A DNA stretch of 64,000 bases from NCBI GenBank assembly GCA_963667015.2, contig CAXXJJ010000004.1:576001-640000 (forward strand), given 5' to 3'. Position 1 is the first letter of the stretch, and each line of letters starts with the position of its first letter. The translations under genes were made by a program, and so were the position numbers. The notes beneath the pieces are model-generated. The model saw nothing but the letters and a program-made list of their open reading frames with translations. It ran no database searches and was not told where the DNA came from. This document shows positions 1-10,621 of the stretch, piece by piece. Origin of the DNA: Desulfatiglandales bacterium (GTDB taxonomy: Bacteria > Desulfobacterota > DSM-4660 > Desulfatiglandales > HGW-15).

Positions 1-105
1 GACACAATTATCCATGTTTTCATTAAACCAGTAATACTTATTCGGGTTGCAGATGTATCATAAGCGTAACCACCTGTATTAATTCAGATTATTTTCAGTC
101 CAACG

Positions 106-121
106 TGGTATGGATCTTGCT
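106..121 (+). promoter_or_regulatory. sigma54 (-24/-12) promoter
   Basis: TGGTAT-GGATC-TTGCT with exact GG-N10-GC spacing, 40 nt upstream of ATG 162. Confidence 0.6.
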
Positions 122-161
122 TTTAATTAACACATTATTGAATAGGGGATAAAATCTTGTA

Positions 162-1022
162 ATGTCGCAATTTTTTCAAATTAGAACCATATTTCTATTT
201 GGTGGTCTTATATCAGCATGTCTTTTTGTATGCATGCTGTATATCTATAAGAATCGAAAGACCTATCCGGGTTTCAAACAATGGACAATAGCCTTTATGT
301 TTAATTTCTCAGGTGGTGTACTCCTGAGCTGCAGGGATTTTCTTCCTTTCTTTACAACTGTAATCCTGGCAAATTTATTAGTGGTGCTCTTATTTGTATT
401 CATTGCAAGGGGTCTGATCACCTTTGTTGGCAACCGTCAAAACAATCTGACAGATATTTCGATACTTTCCCTGTATATTGCGGCATATATATATTTCAGT
501 TATTTTTCTCCAAATATCAATGCACGCATAATAATAATTTCATCTGTTTTGATACTTTTCTGTATACGCTGTATTTTTATATGCCACAGAAAACTTCCGT
601 TGATACTCACCAGAAGCAATTGCCTGTTAATGACAGCCTTTATACTGATAGCCCTCAGTTCCCTATTCCGGGTAATTCTAATGATAGTATTTAATGAGCA
701 TATTTCGGATTTTATGTCGGCCGGCACAATACATGGAGTCAGTATGATTCTGGTAACGACCGGACATATCTTTATTGCCATAGGCCTGATAGTTATTAAC
801 GCACAGAGGCTGGAGCAGGAGCTAATTAATGCAAAGGCAGAAATAAAAACGCTGATAGGTTTTATACCTATTTGTGCCAACTGTAAAAATATACGCGACG
901 ATCAGGGCTACTGGCAGCAGATTGAGGCTTATATTAAAGATCACTCCGAGGCAGAATTTACCCATAGTATCTGCCCTGACTGTTTAAAATTACTCTATCC
1001 GGATTATGATTTTACCGATTAA
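162..1022 (+). CDS. Multi-pass membrane sensor-like protein with C-terminal Cys/His (probable Zn-binding) domain
   Basis: About 7 hydrophobic helices, a coiled segment, then IPICANCKNIRD..YW..IE.Y..HS.AEFTHSICPDC, a domain common at the C-terminus of deltaproteobacterial signalling proteins. Confidence 0.8.
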   Translation: MSQFFQIRTIFLFGGLISACLFVCMLYIYKNRKTYPGFKQWTIAFMFNFSGGVLLSCRDFLPFFTTVILANLLVVLLFVFIARGLITFVGNRQNNLTDISILSLYIAAYIYFSYFSPNINARIIIISSVLILFCIRCIFICHRKLPLILTRSNCLLMTAFILIALSSLFRVILMIVFNEHISDFMSAGTIHGVSMILVTTGHIFIAIGLIVINAQRLEQELINAKAEIKTLIGFIPICANCKNIRDDQGYWQQIEAYIKDHSEAEFTHSICPDCLKLLYPDYDFTD

Positions 1023-2629
1023 AAGGATTCCCCCTTGTTCATATTGCTGATATCAAGACACTGCTTAAGATGCATGCTTTCAGGATAGAATTTAAGGCCT
1101 TCTGATAATATTTTGATAGAGGCATCATAATTTCCCTGTTTCTGACTCAGGATACCCAGCCCGAGATAGGCCCTGTGATCCTGGGCGTATTTCAGTGCCC
1201 TTTCAAAGAGCCTTTTAGCGGTAAGGTCTTTTTCTCTTATTTCAGGGATATTTGCATAATCCCCATGGCTGAAGGTCATGCCGAGCCTTGAAAGGAAATC
1301 AGCGTGATGCACGTACATGTCTTTTCTGTCTTCCAGTTCAATGTTCTTCGCAAATCTATGCACGTTTTCATAAAAGGTGGTTCTAAGTTTTCTCCCGAAC
1401 CGGAGAATGAGATCCTGGTTCATTGTCTGGTCTGTTTCAAAATACATTACACCTTCAATTTTTTTAAGCCACAGGTTATCAGTGAGATTCGTCTGTTTTT
1501 TGTAACTCTCATAGAGTGCAGTCCCGGGAAAAAGATCAAGGATATAGAATATAACGCTCAGGGGGCCTACCTCCATCATGAGATCTATGGATTCCTGAAT
1601 AGTATCCCATGTCTCGCCCGGTGAGCCGTAAATAAAATAGGCCCTTGAAAGGATGCCGTATCTTGTGGTCAATTGAAATGCCCGCCTGACCTGATCGGCC
1701 TTGAGCTCCTTGCACAGCAACCCCCTTATCTTTTCTGAGCCGCTTTCAATCCCGAAACTTATCTGGATACACCCTGCCCTTCTCATCCAGTAGATGATCT
1801 CCTCGTCGATGCAGTCAGCCCGTGAAATGGCATACCAGGATATGTTAAGCCCCTTTTCTATAATCCTTTTACATATCTCAATAACCCTGTCTTTTTTAAT
1901 GGTAAAGGTGTCATCGGAAAAATAAAAAAAGTTAACACCCTTTTCATAGAGCAGCGCAAGTTCCCGGACAAAATGCTCCGGAGACCGGAGCCTCACCCTG
2001 TTTCCCCAGAAATTCGGAGATCCGCAGAATGCGCACTTCCATGCGCAGCCACGCGCCGAGGTTACATGTTGATACCTGAAATATTTTGCCGGAATGGGGA
2101 GATCATCAAGATCCCGGACAGGTTCGGCATCCCCGGTTCTGATCGGATTATTGTTTTTATTAAAGGCAATGCCATTGACCGACTCCGGATCTTCGTCCCT
2201 GTTCACGGTATTGATGAGGTTCAGAAAGACACGCTCCCCTTCCCCGAGAACGATATAATCAATTTCTGGAAAATTCTTTAAAAGGTGTTCCCACAAAAAC
2301 GTTGCCCCCGGTCCCCCCATGACGATCCTGACGCCCGGATTCAGGCGCTTTGCGATACGCGCAATCTCTATGGCGCCCCAGCGGTTGGCATGCATTATGG
2401 AAAAACCAATCCAGTCGGGCTGCTGTTCCTTGAGTATGTTTTCAATCTCATTGGATTTATCCCTGCCATTGTGCCAGTCCAGTATTGCCACATCACAGTC
2501 ATTATCCCTGAGAAACGCTGCAACGGAATAAACTCCAATAGGTATGGCCGCAATTTCTTCTTCATGAATCCTGTCCTCGATGAAATAGGGATATATCAGC
2601 AGTATTTTATTTTGAGGTTTTCCCATCAA
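1019..2629 (-). CDS. Cobalamin-binding radical SAM protein with C-terminal TPR
   Basis: N-terminal B12-binding region (P.G.YSVAA, MGGPGAT, VLGEGE), SARGCAWKCAFC, FGIESGS, TPR-like tail (AYLGLG...YDASIKILSEGL). Confidence 0.9.
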   Translation of the reverse strand: MMGKPQNKILLIYPYFIEDRIHEEEIAAIPIGVYSVAAFLRDNDCDVAILDWHNGRDKSNEIENILKEQQPDWIGFSIMHANRWGAIEIARIAKRLNPGVRIVMGGPGATFLWEHLLKNFPEIDYIVLGEGERVFLNLINTVNRDEDPESVNGIAFNKNNNPIRTGDAEPVRDLDDLPIPAKYFRYQHVTSARGCAWKCAFCGSPNFWGNRVRLRSPEHFVRELALLYEKGVNFFYFSDDTFTIKKDRVIEICKRIIEKGLNISWYAISRADCIDEEIIYWMRRAGCIQISFGIESGSEKIRGLLCKELKADQVRRAFQLTTRYGILSRAYFIYGSPGETWDTIQESIDLMMEVGPLSVIFYILDLFPGTALYESYKKQTNLTDNLWLKKIEGVMYFETDQTMNQDLILRFGRKLRTTFYENVHRFAKNIELEDRKDMYVHHADFLSRLGMTFSHGDYANIPEIREKDLTAKRLFERALKYAQDHRAYLGLGILSQKQGNYDASIKILSEGLKFYPESMHLKQCLDISNMNKGESF

Positions 2630-2699
2630 TGAATCCTTGATAACTGTATTTCGTCATACCCGCAAACAGACTGTCTTATAATTGCCATACTGTCTATTC

Positions 2700-2726
2700 T
2701 GTCGTTTCGACCAACGGGAGAAATCT
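2700..2726 (+). repeat. REP-like palindromic element
   Basis: TGTCGTTTCGACCAACGGGAGAAATCT resembles the TGTCATTTCGAC..GGAGAAATCT REP class; CGTCATACCCGC half-site at about 2652. Confidence 0.4.
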
Positions 2727-2886
2727 TGTATTTTAAATGAAATTATTTACAGATTTAATTCATAACATATTTTATTTCATTTGTTTATAAATGTAATTGG
2801 CTGATTCTCAAGTGATGGGGAGAAAGGATATCCAGCAGGAATAGTATGTCATTTAAAAACCAAATGGTGGTATCCGGGATAATCCT

Positions 2887-3132
2887 TTATTCATATCTCA
2901 ATGTCTCAATCGGATTGAGGACAGATGCTCGCCATGATGGGTATATGGTTGCAAGAAAGGACAGGAACAATCCGGAGAATACCACAATGAGTATATCTGA
3001 TGGATCGACAAGAACCGGTATTGTTGACATGGGGTATATACCTGCTATTGAAACAAATGATATTACCGATATTAAGGATTGTTTTCTTTTTGCCCTTATA
3101 TGTCTGATACTTAAAAAGAGTTCAAAAAACAT
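2887..3132 (-). pseudogene. Internally deleted LolC/LolE (lipoprotein-releasing ABC permease) remnant
   Basis: LolC/E N-terminus (MFFELFLSIRHIRAKRKQSLISVISFVSIAG) joined in frame to the LolC/E C-terminus (LSFLATIYPSWRASVLNPIETLRYE); 81 aa versus about 400 aa normally. Confidence 0.8.
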
Positions 3133-3385
3133 GATAATATCTCTCCCTATTTAAGGGTAAAGATTTAAGATTTGAAACAAGTTTGAGGTCTATGGTCAAT
3201 CGTATGTGTTTTTGGATAAACAGAAAGCTTGAGACTATAAACAGGTATTCCTTCGAATCACCGGGGGAAAAAAATCATATATCAGTGAGTAATTGCCTGT
3301 TGGAAATTTAGACCAAATATTCAGGTATTTGTTCCAGAAAATCGAAGTGGGGAAAGTAACTTAAAAAAATGAAATCCTTCTGCAT

Positions 3386-3414
3386 TTGACATCATCTGTT
3401 TTGCTCATTATATT
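3386..3414 (+). promoter_or_regulatory. sigma70 promoter
   Basis: TTGACA-N17-TATATT upstream of AGGAG and ATG 3452. Confidence 0.55.
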
Positions 3415-3451
3415 TACATTCCGGATTTAATGAAAATACAGGAGTTTTACC

Positions 3452-4348
3452 ATGTTTGATTATGATGAAGACGAAGGAATGCACTATGAGGGAGCCTGTA
3501 TCAGGCCTCCCAGCGAGGCATACAGTATACTGCTCCAGGTAACCCTTGGGTGCTCCCATAACAAATGTACATTCTGCGGGACCTATACAGATAAACCCTT
3601 TAGGATAAAAGATGATGACATCATTTTAAGCGATATAAAATACGCATCCAGGTATATGAAAAGACAGGACCGTGTCTTTCTCATGGATGGTGATGCCCTG
3701 ATTATTCCTCATAAACGGCTGATGTGGATATTTGCAAAGATAAAGGAACATCTGCCATGGGTTAAACGGGTCGGGGCCTATGCCAACACAAAGGGCATAA
3801 AGATGAAGACACCGGAGGAACTGGTTGAGTTAAGAGAAAACGGCCTGGGCATCCTTTACCTGGGTGTTGAAACAGGGGATGATGAATTAAGAAAAAAAAT
3901 AGTCAAGGGCTCCACTGCAGCCGAGTGTATTGAAATGGGTCGCAAGGTAAAGGAGGCAGGCATTAAGCTCTCGGTTACCGTTCTTCTAGGTATTGCAGGC
4001 AGAGAAAAATCTCTCCAGCACGCAAAGGCTACAGGCAAGCTTCTCAGTGAAATGGACCCTGACTTTATAGGCGCCCTTACAGTAATGTTTGTTCCGGGCA
4101 CGCCTCTTCATGATGAGCATGAACGAGGTGAATTTGTACTGCCAGATGAACTGGGTCTTTTAAGGGAACTGAGAGAGATGATCCTTCATACGGATATTAC
4201 CCGGGGGCTTTTCTTTTCCAACCATGCATCCAATTATCTTCCGGTCAAGGCAAGGCTGCCCCGAGGAAAACAGGCTGCACTCGACCAGATAGATTCGGCC
4301 CTGAGCGGAAATGTCGAACTGAAGCCCGAGTGGCTCAGGGCACTCTAG
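3452..4348 (+). CDS. Radical SAM protein
   Basis: IRPPSEA..LLQVTLGCSHNKCTFC (CxxxCxxC), YLGVETG, SNHASNYL. Confidence 0.9.
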   Translation: MFDYDEDEGMHYEGACIRPPSEAYSILLQVTLGCSHNKCTFCGTYTDKPFRIKDDDIILSDIKYASRYMKRQDRVFLMDGDALIIPHKRLMWIFAKIKEHLPWVKRVGAYANTKGIKMKTPEELVELRENGLGILYLGVETGDDELRKKIVKGSTAAECIEMGRKVKEAGIKLSVTVLLGIAGREKSLQHAKATGKLLSEMDPDFIGALTVMFVPGTPLHDEHERGEFVLPDELGLLRELREMILHTDITRGLFFSNHASNYLPVKARLPRGKQAALDQIDSALSGNVELKPEWLRAL

Positions 4349-5223
4349 TCTTTTTCCTCCCTGGGAGGCTGGGGCAGGTCTTTCTTATATACTATGGTTC
4401 GATAGGGGAATGGAATTTCAACACCTTCCCTGTCGAACCTTTTCTTTATATTCTCCAGCAGCCAGAAGCGTGTTGACCACATATCGCTAACGGTTTTTAC
4501 CCACACATATACCCTCAGTCCTATTGAAAAATCTCCGTGGGAGATTACCCGGACCATGGGTTCTTCAGCCGCCTCTTTGTCTGTGTAGGGGCATTTATCA
4601 ACCTCATCCAGTATCAGCCTGCGTGCAAGGTCGATATCCGTATCATAACTCACGCCGAGTTCAATCCTGCACATCATGCGCGGATCAATAATGTTATAAT
4701 TGACCAGCGTCATATCATCCAGCTTGGCGTTCGGGATGATCAGCCTTTTATGCTCCCATGTCAGCACTATGGTGTGCCTGAGGGTAATGTCCTCAACTGT
4801 CCCGTATTCACCTTCTATTGTAACTGCGTCACCTATCCTGAAAGGGCGGTAGATTGACAGTGAAAGCCCGGAGATAAGGTTTGCCATTGTTGATTTGGCA
4901 GCAAAACCGATAATCAATGCAGTGATTCCGGCACCGGCAAGCATGGTACCGAAAAGGGACCGCAGCCTCTCTACCTGCCCGGCATAGATAAAAAAAGCAA
5001 TTACCCAAATAAGGAGATTTTTTATCCTTATGGAGTAATGTATAACCGTCTCATCAATTTCTCTTCTAAGTTTGCCTGTAACCCAGTTCAGTCTTTTGAA
5101 AATACGGGTTGTAACTGCGCAGGTTACCCATGCAAGCAGAATTATAAATAAAGGCAGCAGCAGTTTCCCTGTCATGCCTTGAGGATCCATCAGTTCCTTA
5201 ATTCCATTAAGGTTAAAAGACAT
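4345..5223 (-). CDS. mscS: MscS family small-conductance mechanosensitive channel
   Basis: GFAAKSTMANLISG, RPFRIGD, GTVEDITLRHT, IPNA, GVEIPFP. Confidence 0.9.
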   Translation of the reverse strand: MSFNLNGIKELMDPQGMTGKLLLPLFIILLAWVTCAVTTRIFKRLNWVTGKLRREIDETVIHYSIRIKNLLIWVIAFFIYAGQVERLRSLFGTMLAGAGITALIIGFAAKSTMANLISGLSLSIYRPFRIGDAVTIEGEYGTVEDITLRHTIVLTWEHKRLIIPNAKLDDMTLVNYNIIDPRMMCRIELGVSYDTDIDLARRLILDEVDKCPYTDKEAAEEPMVRVISHGDFSIGLRVYVWVKTVSDMWSTRFWLLENIKKRFDREGVEIPFPYRTIVYKKDLPQPPREEKD

Positions 5224-5247
5224 ATTTCTCCAAGTATAATTAGATAT

Positions 5248-6315
5248 TTATAAAATCTTCTTCCTTTTAAACCAGAGGAACATAACTATACCGACAATAA
5301 TCATGCCTGTCCAGACAGCAGGATACCCCCAGTGCCATTTGAGCTCGGGCATAAACTCAAAGTTCATCCCGTAAACGCCGGCGATAAAGGTAAGGGGAAT
5401 AAAGATTGTTGCTATGACAGTGAGCTTCTTCATGACTTCATTCATCCGGTTGCTCACACTTGACAGAAACAGATCCATCATACCTGATACAATATCCCTG
5501 CAGGTCTCTATAGTGTCAATAACCTGAATGGTGTGGTCATATACATCTCTGTAGAAAATCGTTGTCTTTTCGCTGATAAGATTCAACTCATCTTTTTCAA
5601 GGCTGCCGATTATTTCCCTGAGCGGCCATACAGATCTTCTTAAAAAAACAAGTTCACCTTTCATATGATGAATTACCTGAAGTGTATCAGGATTAGGAGA
5701 GTCCATAAGGTCCTCTTCGAGACTTTCAACCTTCTCACCGATCTTTTCAAGTACGCCGTAATAGCTGTCCACAAGGGCATCCAGGAGAGTATACAGCAGA
5801 TAATCGGAACCCATCTTTCTTATTCTGCCCTTACCTTTCCTTAGCCGTTCCCTTACCGGATCAAATACATCGCCAATATCTTCCTGAAATGTTATAACAA
5901 AATTTTCCCAGAGTAGAAAACTTATCTGTTCAAATTTCATTCTGTCATCATCAGGGTTATAGTAGATCATTTTTGCAACTATAAAAAGATAATCCTCCAT
6001 ATCATCCAGTTTTGGCCTTTGTCCTGTGTTGAGAATATCTTCAAGCACAAGGGGATGGAGATTGAATTGAGCTCCTATGCTATTGATTATATCAATATCA
6101 TGAAGGCCATCGATATTAACCCATGTCACTCCATGCTTTTCTTTATATGGAACGCACTCGTCAATTGAATCAAGTTCTTTTTCCTCGAAACTCTCTTCGG
6201 AATAATTGATCAATTTTATTATGGCGTTTTCCAGTTTTTTTTCGCCAAGGTGAATAAGGGTTCCAGGTGGCGAACCTGCCTTTTTGATTACTTTTTTCTG
6301 AATAAATAATCTCAT
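5248..6315 (-). CDS. corA: Magnesium/cobalt transporter CorA
   Basis: LHPLVLEDILNTGQRPK; TFIAGVYGMNF..MPEL signature. Confidence 0.95.
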   Translation of the reverse strand: MRLFIQKKVIKKAGSPPGTLIHLGEKKLENAIIKLINYSEESFEEKELDSIDECVPYKEKHGVTWVNIDGLHDIDIINSIGAQFNLHPLVLEDILNTGQRPKLDDMEDYLFIVAKMIYYNPDDDRMKFEQISFLLWENFVITFQEDIGDVFDPVRERLRKGKGRIRKMGSDYLLYTLLDALVDSYYGVLEKIGEKVESLEEDLMDSPNPDTLQVIHHMKGELVFLRRSVWPLREIIGSLEKDELNLISEKTTIFYRDVYDHTIQVIDTIETCRDIVSGMMDLFLSSVSNRMNEVMKKLTVIATIFIPLTFIAGVYGMNFEFMPELKWHWGYPAVWTGMIIVGIVMFLWFKRKKIL

Positions 6316-6460
6316 GTTTCCCCTTTGACTTTATTTGACTGGTTTAATAAATGATGTTTGTCTATATTGAATATATGTACAAAATATATAACATTATCAC
6401 TAAGAAAATATCAATAATGTGATTGGAAAAAAGGATGCATTATCAAAGAGTGTCAAATTT

Positions 6461-7210
6461 TTAAAGCGGAAGAATCTTTTTAAATAGATGCTTAACCGCA
6501 TTCCAGCCCATCTTGCGGCGAAGAATTCCGAGTTGATCCTGCAGAGGCAGGTCCTTTGGACAGATATCCTCGCAGGCCAGGAGCCCCATACATCCGAAAA
6601 TGCCTTCATCTGTCCCTATTATTTCAAAATATTCATCTTCAGTCCGTCCGTCCCTCGGATCCAGCATAAACCGGGCAATGCGATTTAAAGCGGCTGCTCC
6701 CATAAAATCCTCACGCATATTGGCCGTGCCGCAGGATGCAATGCAACAGCCGCATTCAAGGCATCGTTCCAGTTCATAGATCTCATTTGCAAGGGCGTTT
6801 TCCATACGTTCGTCTGGCAGGGAGGTATTTTGACTTTCACGTGAGTGAATCCAGGATTCCACCTTTTCGTTCATGGCCCTGAACCATGTGCCGGTATCAA
6901 CAGACAGGTCTCCTATAAGTTTAAACACGGGAAGGGGTAATAGGGTAATCTCATCGGGTAAATATTTAGTAAGGGTTTTGCAGGCCAGGCCCGGACGTCC
7001 GTTTATCATCATAGCACACGATCCGCATATGCCTGCTCTGCAGCAGAAATCAAATTGAAGGGACGGATCCTGATCTTCCCTTATACTTGTAAGGGCTATG
7101 AAAAGAGACATGGTCTCTGTTTCTTCTATTTTGAACAGCTTCATTTCCGGCTTTGAATCAGGAATCATGGGGTTATATCGGAATATATTTAATTTTAAGG
7201 TTCTTCCCAT
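6461..7210 (-). CDS. frdB: Fumarate reductase/succinate dehydrogenase Fe-S subunit
   Basis: CRAGICGSC, CLECGCCIASC, CMGLLACEDICP. Confidence 0.95.
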   Translation of the reverse strand: MGRTLKLNIFRYNPMIPDSKPEMKLFKIEETETMSLFIALTSIREDQDPSLQFDFCCRAGICGSCAMMINGRPGLACKTLTKYLPDEITLLPLPVFKLIGDLSVDTGTWFRAMNEKVESWIHSRESQNTSLPDERMENALANEIYELERCLECGCCIASCGTANMREDFMGAAALNRIARFMLDPRDGRTEDEYFEIIGTDEGIFGCMGLLACEDICPKDLPLQDQLGILRRKMGWNAVKHLFKKILPL

Positions 7211-7211
7211 T

Positions 7212-9050
7212 CTAATCTCCGATCAGCTCATCATCACATCCGATTATTTTACAGGCTCCGTAACCTCTTTCACCGGGCAGAAGTTCCATTACTTTAGAAA
7301 AAGGTTCATAATCCAGGACAGGCAGATCCGATCCCTCTTTCCAGGTAGCAAGTGTTCTTTTCAGCCAGTCACGATCATTCCTGGCTTCAAAATCCTCCCT
7401 TGCATGGCAACCCCTGCTTTCGGTCCTTTGAAGCGCAGCATAGGCCGTACAGAGCACCAGTCTTGCCATGCCTTTTATCTTAAGGGCCATGGTCAGTTCC
7501 GGGTTGGCTCCTAGACCGTTTGAAACAAGGCCCACCTTCCCTGCCCTTTCATGTATCTCCTGCAAATTTTCAACCGCCGTCTGGAGATCTTTACCGTTTC
7601 TGAATATTCCTACACGATCCATTAACTCATCCTGTATGGCATTTCGAACTGTAAATACGTTTTCTTTACCTTCTTTGCATGATACAAGGCAATCTATGCG
7701 TTCCTGATCCCTTTTAAGAAAATTTCTTACAAGGCCAGTATCGTAATGAGCATCATTAGCCATCAGGAACTCAACTATTTTCTTACCGACTATTTTTCCC
7801 GCTACTATTGTTTCCGCAAGGGAGTTTCCACCAAGCCGGTTAAACCCGTGAAGATCCCAGCAGGCTGCTTCACCGGCTGAAAACAGTCCTGACAGGCCAT
7901 AGGCGGCTCCATCTTTATCGGTTCTGATTCCAGCCATTGTATAATGCTGGGCAGGCCTGACAGGGATAAGCTGGTTTATAGGATCTATGCCTAAAAAGTC
8001 GTTGCATATCTCCTCAACCTCCCTGAGCTTGGTCTTTATATGCTCTGCTCCAAGGTGGCGGATATCCAGCCAGAGGTGGTCACCATAATCGCTTTTAACA
8101 CCGTGACCTTCTCTTATATGCCGGATCATCCAGCGTGATACCACATCCCTTGAAGCAAGCTCTGCCTTTTCGGGTTCATATTCATGCATGAACCTTTTAT
8201 TATTCACGTCAAGGAGGGTTCCCCCGTCACCCCTGCATCCCTCTGTAACAAGGATATGTGTGGGAACTATGCCGGTAGGATGAAACTGGATAGCCTCAGG
8301 GTTGCCGATAGGCACAATGCCGGTATCAAGGGCAATGATGGCACCCCCGCCGTCACTTATCACCGCGTTGGTTGTTTCTCTGTATATTCTTCCGTATCCA
8401 CCGGTAGCTATCAGTGTTGCCCTGGCCAGATATGCCCGTAATTTACCTGTTTTAAGACATCTGGCCACAACACCGCTGCATGTCTCGCCATCATGTATAA
8501 GGGATATTGCCTCTACTCGGTCATGCACTGTTACGCCGGTTTCAACAACTTTATTATCCATTGTGTAAAGAAGGGTGTGTCCTGTTCCGTCGGAGGTGTA
8601 GGCTGTTCTCCATTTGGCTGTACCGCCAAAACTCCTGGCAGTGATCAGGCCTTCCTTTTCCTCTGGCTCTGTTTTTTCAAACTTCTTTCCACCCTTAAAA
8701 TAGATAGATGTACCGGCTTCAACCCTGTTCCAGGGGGTTCCCCACCGGTCCATTTCCCGAACCGCTTCAGGTGCTGTTTCTACAAATAATCTTGCCACCT
8801 CCTGATCACAGCCCCAGTCCGAACCCTTAACTGTGTCTTCAAAATGCACGTCCGGACAGTCTCCATGGCCCATTACGCAATGCCCTAAAGCTGCCTGCAT
8901 TCCACCCTGTGCAGCGGATGAATGGGATCTCCTGGGGGGTACTATACTTAAGCATAAGGCATTAAAGCCTGAGGAAGCGGCTTCAATGGCAGCCCGTTCA
9001 CCGGCAAGTCCGGCACCTATGCACAGGAGATCAGAATAAATTATTTCCAA
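7212..9050 (-). CDS. frdA: Fumarate reductase flavoprotein subunit
   Basis: GAGLAG, RRSHSSAAQGG, QFHPTG, ELASRDVV, HGFNRLGGNSL; start reassigned to TTG 9050 behind an AGGAG RBS. Confidence 0.95.
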   Translation of the reverse strand: MEIIYSDLLCIGAGLAGERAAIEAASSGFNALCLSIVPPRRSHSSAAQGGMQAALGHCVMGHGDCPDVHFEDTVKGSDWGCDQEVARLFVETAPEAVREMDRWGTPWNRVEAGTSIYFKGGKKFEKTEPEEKEGLITARSFGGTAKWRTAYTSDGTGHTLLYTMDNKVVETGVTVHDRVEAISLIHDGETCSGVVARCLKTGKLRAYLARATLIATGGYGRIYRETTNAVISDGGGAIIALDTGIVPIGNPEAIQFHPTGIVPTHILVTEGCRGDGGTLLDVNNKRFMHEYEPEKAELASRDVVSRWMIRHIREGHGVKSDYGDHLWLDIRHLGAEHIKTKLREVEEICNDFLGIDPINQLIPVRPAQHYTMAGIRTDKDGAAYGLSGLFSAGEAACWDLHGFNRLGGNSLAETIVAGKIVGKKIVEFLMANDAHYDTGLVRNFLKRDQERIDCLVSCKEGKENVFTVRNAIQDELMDRVGIFRNGKDLQTAVENLQEIHERAGKVGLVSNGLGANPELTMALKIKGMARLVLCTAYAALQRTESRGCHAREDFEARNDRDWLKRTLATWKEGSDLPVLDYEPFSKVMELLPGERGYGACKIIGCDDELIGD

Positions 9051-9061
9051 TAGTATGCTCC

Positions 9062-9712
9062 TTAAAGGGGGAGAATCAAAAAACAAACAATGGTGACAAG
9101 GCCTATAATGATAAATATGGCTGTAAGTATATTCTCAAAGCCCTTAAATGGCTTTCGTCCTTTTCTTTTTACCACTCCCCATTTAACTGCGATCCTGTAA
9201 AAACCGATTCCCACAAGCAGTTCCACCATGGGAAGAAGAATCAGGTAAAAAATCAGCCAGAATCCTCCCTGTACACGCGCTGCACTTTTGACAGCAGTAA
9301 TTGGCAGGTCGGTCAAAACTGCCCACATATGTATTGAACCCATTATCAGTATGATCATAGCTGTAATTGCCTGTATCATCCAGAGCCATGTATCCGTGTG
9401 TTTGAGAATCCTGCTGAGCTTATAGATTTTATTAAATTCACTGCTTTTGAAGGGAATTTTTCTGGCGGCAAGGATGAAATGAAGGAGGAAAATGACAGCT
9501 ATCACAGGCCCGCCCACCTGGGCCATATATGTCTCTTCAAAAAATTGTGCGATAGTGTTCATGACTTCCGGGCCCAGGTTTACACTTGCCACAAGTATCA
9601 TATGGCTCCACATGAAAAGGATAAGGCCGGCTCCTGTAAGCATCTGGAGCCAATCAAGATAGGCTGATACCCTTTTTGGCGCATTAATAAAGGCTGATGT
9701 ATTGGTGGTCAT
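9062..9712 (-). CDS. frdC: Fumarate reductase di-heme cytochrome b subunit (Wolinella-type); one heme-ligand His appears replaced
   Basis: LFMWSHM, FLLHF.LA.RKIP, HTDTWLW, MGSIHMW, VELLVGIGFYRIAVKWG. Confidence 0.9.
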   Translation of the reverse strand: MTTNTSAFINAPKRVSAYLDWLQMLTGAGLILFMWSHMILVASVNLGPEVMNTIAQFFEETYMAQVGGPVIAVIFLLHFILAARKIPFKSSEFNKIYKLSRILKHTDTWLWMIQAITAMIILIMGSIHMWAVLTDLPITAVKSAARVQGGFWLIFYLILLPMVELLVGIGFYRIAVKWGVVKRKGRKPFKGFENILTAIFIIIGLVTIVCFLILPL

Positions 9713-9739
9713 TTATACTCCTGCCGACATTGACATATC

Positions 9740-10621
9740 CTAATAATCATCATCACTCAAGGCTTCAAAACCCGAAATAATATCCAGAAGTTCGTTCGTG
9801 ATGTTATTCTGTCTTTGTTCCCTGAAAAGGGCCTGAAGCTCCTCCTCTCGTTCAATCACATTTTTTTCCGCCGCCTGCATTGCCATAAGCCTGGCCGCGT
9901 TCTCGCTTGCAAGGGACTGCACAAAGGCCCTGTAAAAACTGACAAATAGATGCTGCCTGAAAAGGTTTCGGAACAGCAGGACAGAGTCAATACCCATCAT
10001 CGGGATACAGCGTCCGGGCCATTCCTGATCTCCGGTACTGCTGATCCATTCATTATCAAGGGGCAGAACAGGATAAAACACCTGGGTATAACCGCTTTCT
10101 CCTGAAATCATGTTATGACAGAGATAAAAATAATCTATATTACCCTCTGACTCCCAATGCTCAATGCGTTCAAGTACCGCCTGAACCTGGCTGTTAATAG
10201 CAGTAAGACTTCCCGGGGTACTGAAATACTCTCCTTCTTTGTATCCCATGTCAAGCAGGGTCCCTGACACCTTTTCTCCGCTGCTCCAGAATACCATGCT
10301 CTCCCTCTTGCCGAATATTTCCTGCGCTTTACTTACAGCATGGGATGCTATAATCTCATTGAACTGCCCGCACATTCCCTGGTCAGAACCCACAACAAGG
10401 CAAACGGATTTCTTTCCGGTGCTTCCTAAAGGCATCTGCCCTTTGTTACGAAAAAGTACATGCCATCCCTGATCGATGACTACCCGGTACTCTTCAAGGG
10501 ATTCTACTGCCTTTTCATACTGTCTGATGTTTACTGCTGCCAGGCTTTTCATTGTCTTGACCACTCCCAGTAGGTCCTGGGCGGTCCTGATCTTCCTGTT
10601 CAGCATTTCCAGTGTCTGCAT
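9740..10621 (-). CDS. atpG: N-ATPase gamma subunit
   Basis: [48 protein letters not shown]. Confidence 0.95.
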   Translation of the reverse strand: MQTLEMLNRKIRTAQDLLGVVKTMKSLAAVNIRQYEKAVESLEEYRVVIDQGWHVLFRNKGQMPLGSTGKKSVCLVVGSDQGMCGQFNEIIASHAVSKAQEIFGKRESMVFWSSGEKVSGTLLDMGYKEGEYFSTPGSLTAINSQVQAVLERIEHWESEGNIDYFYLCHNMISGESGYTQVFYPVLPLDNEWISSTGDQEWPGRCIPMMGIDSVLLFRNLFRQHLFVSFYRAFVQSLASENAARLMAMQAAEKNVIEREEELQALFREQRQNNITNELLDIISGFEALSDDDY

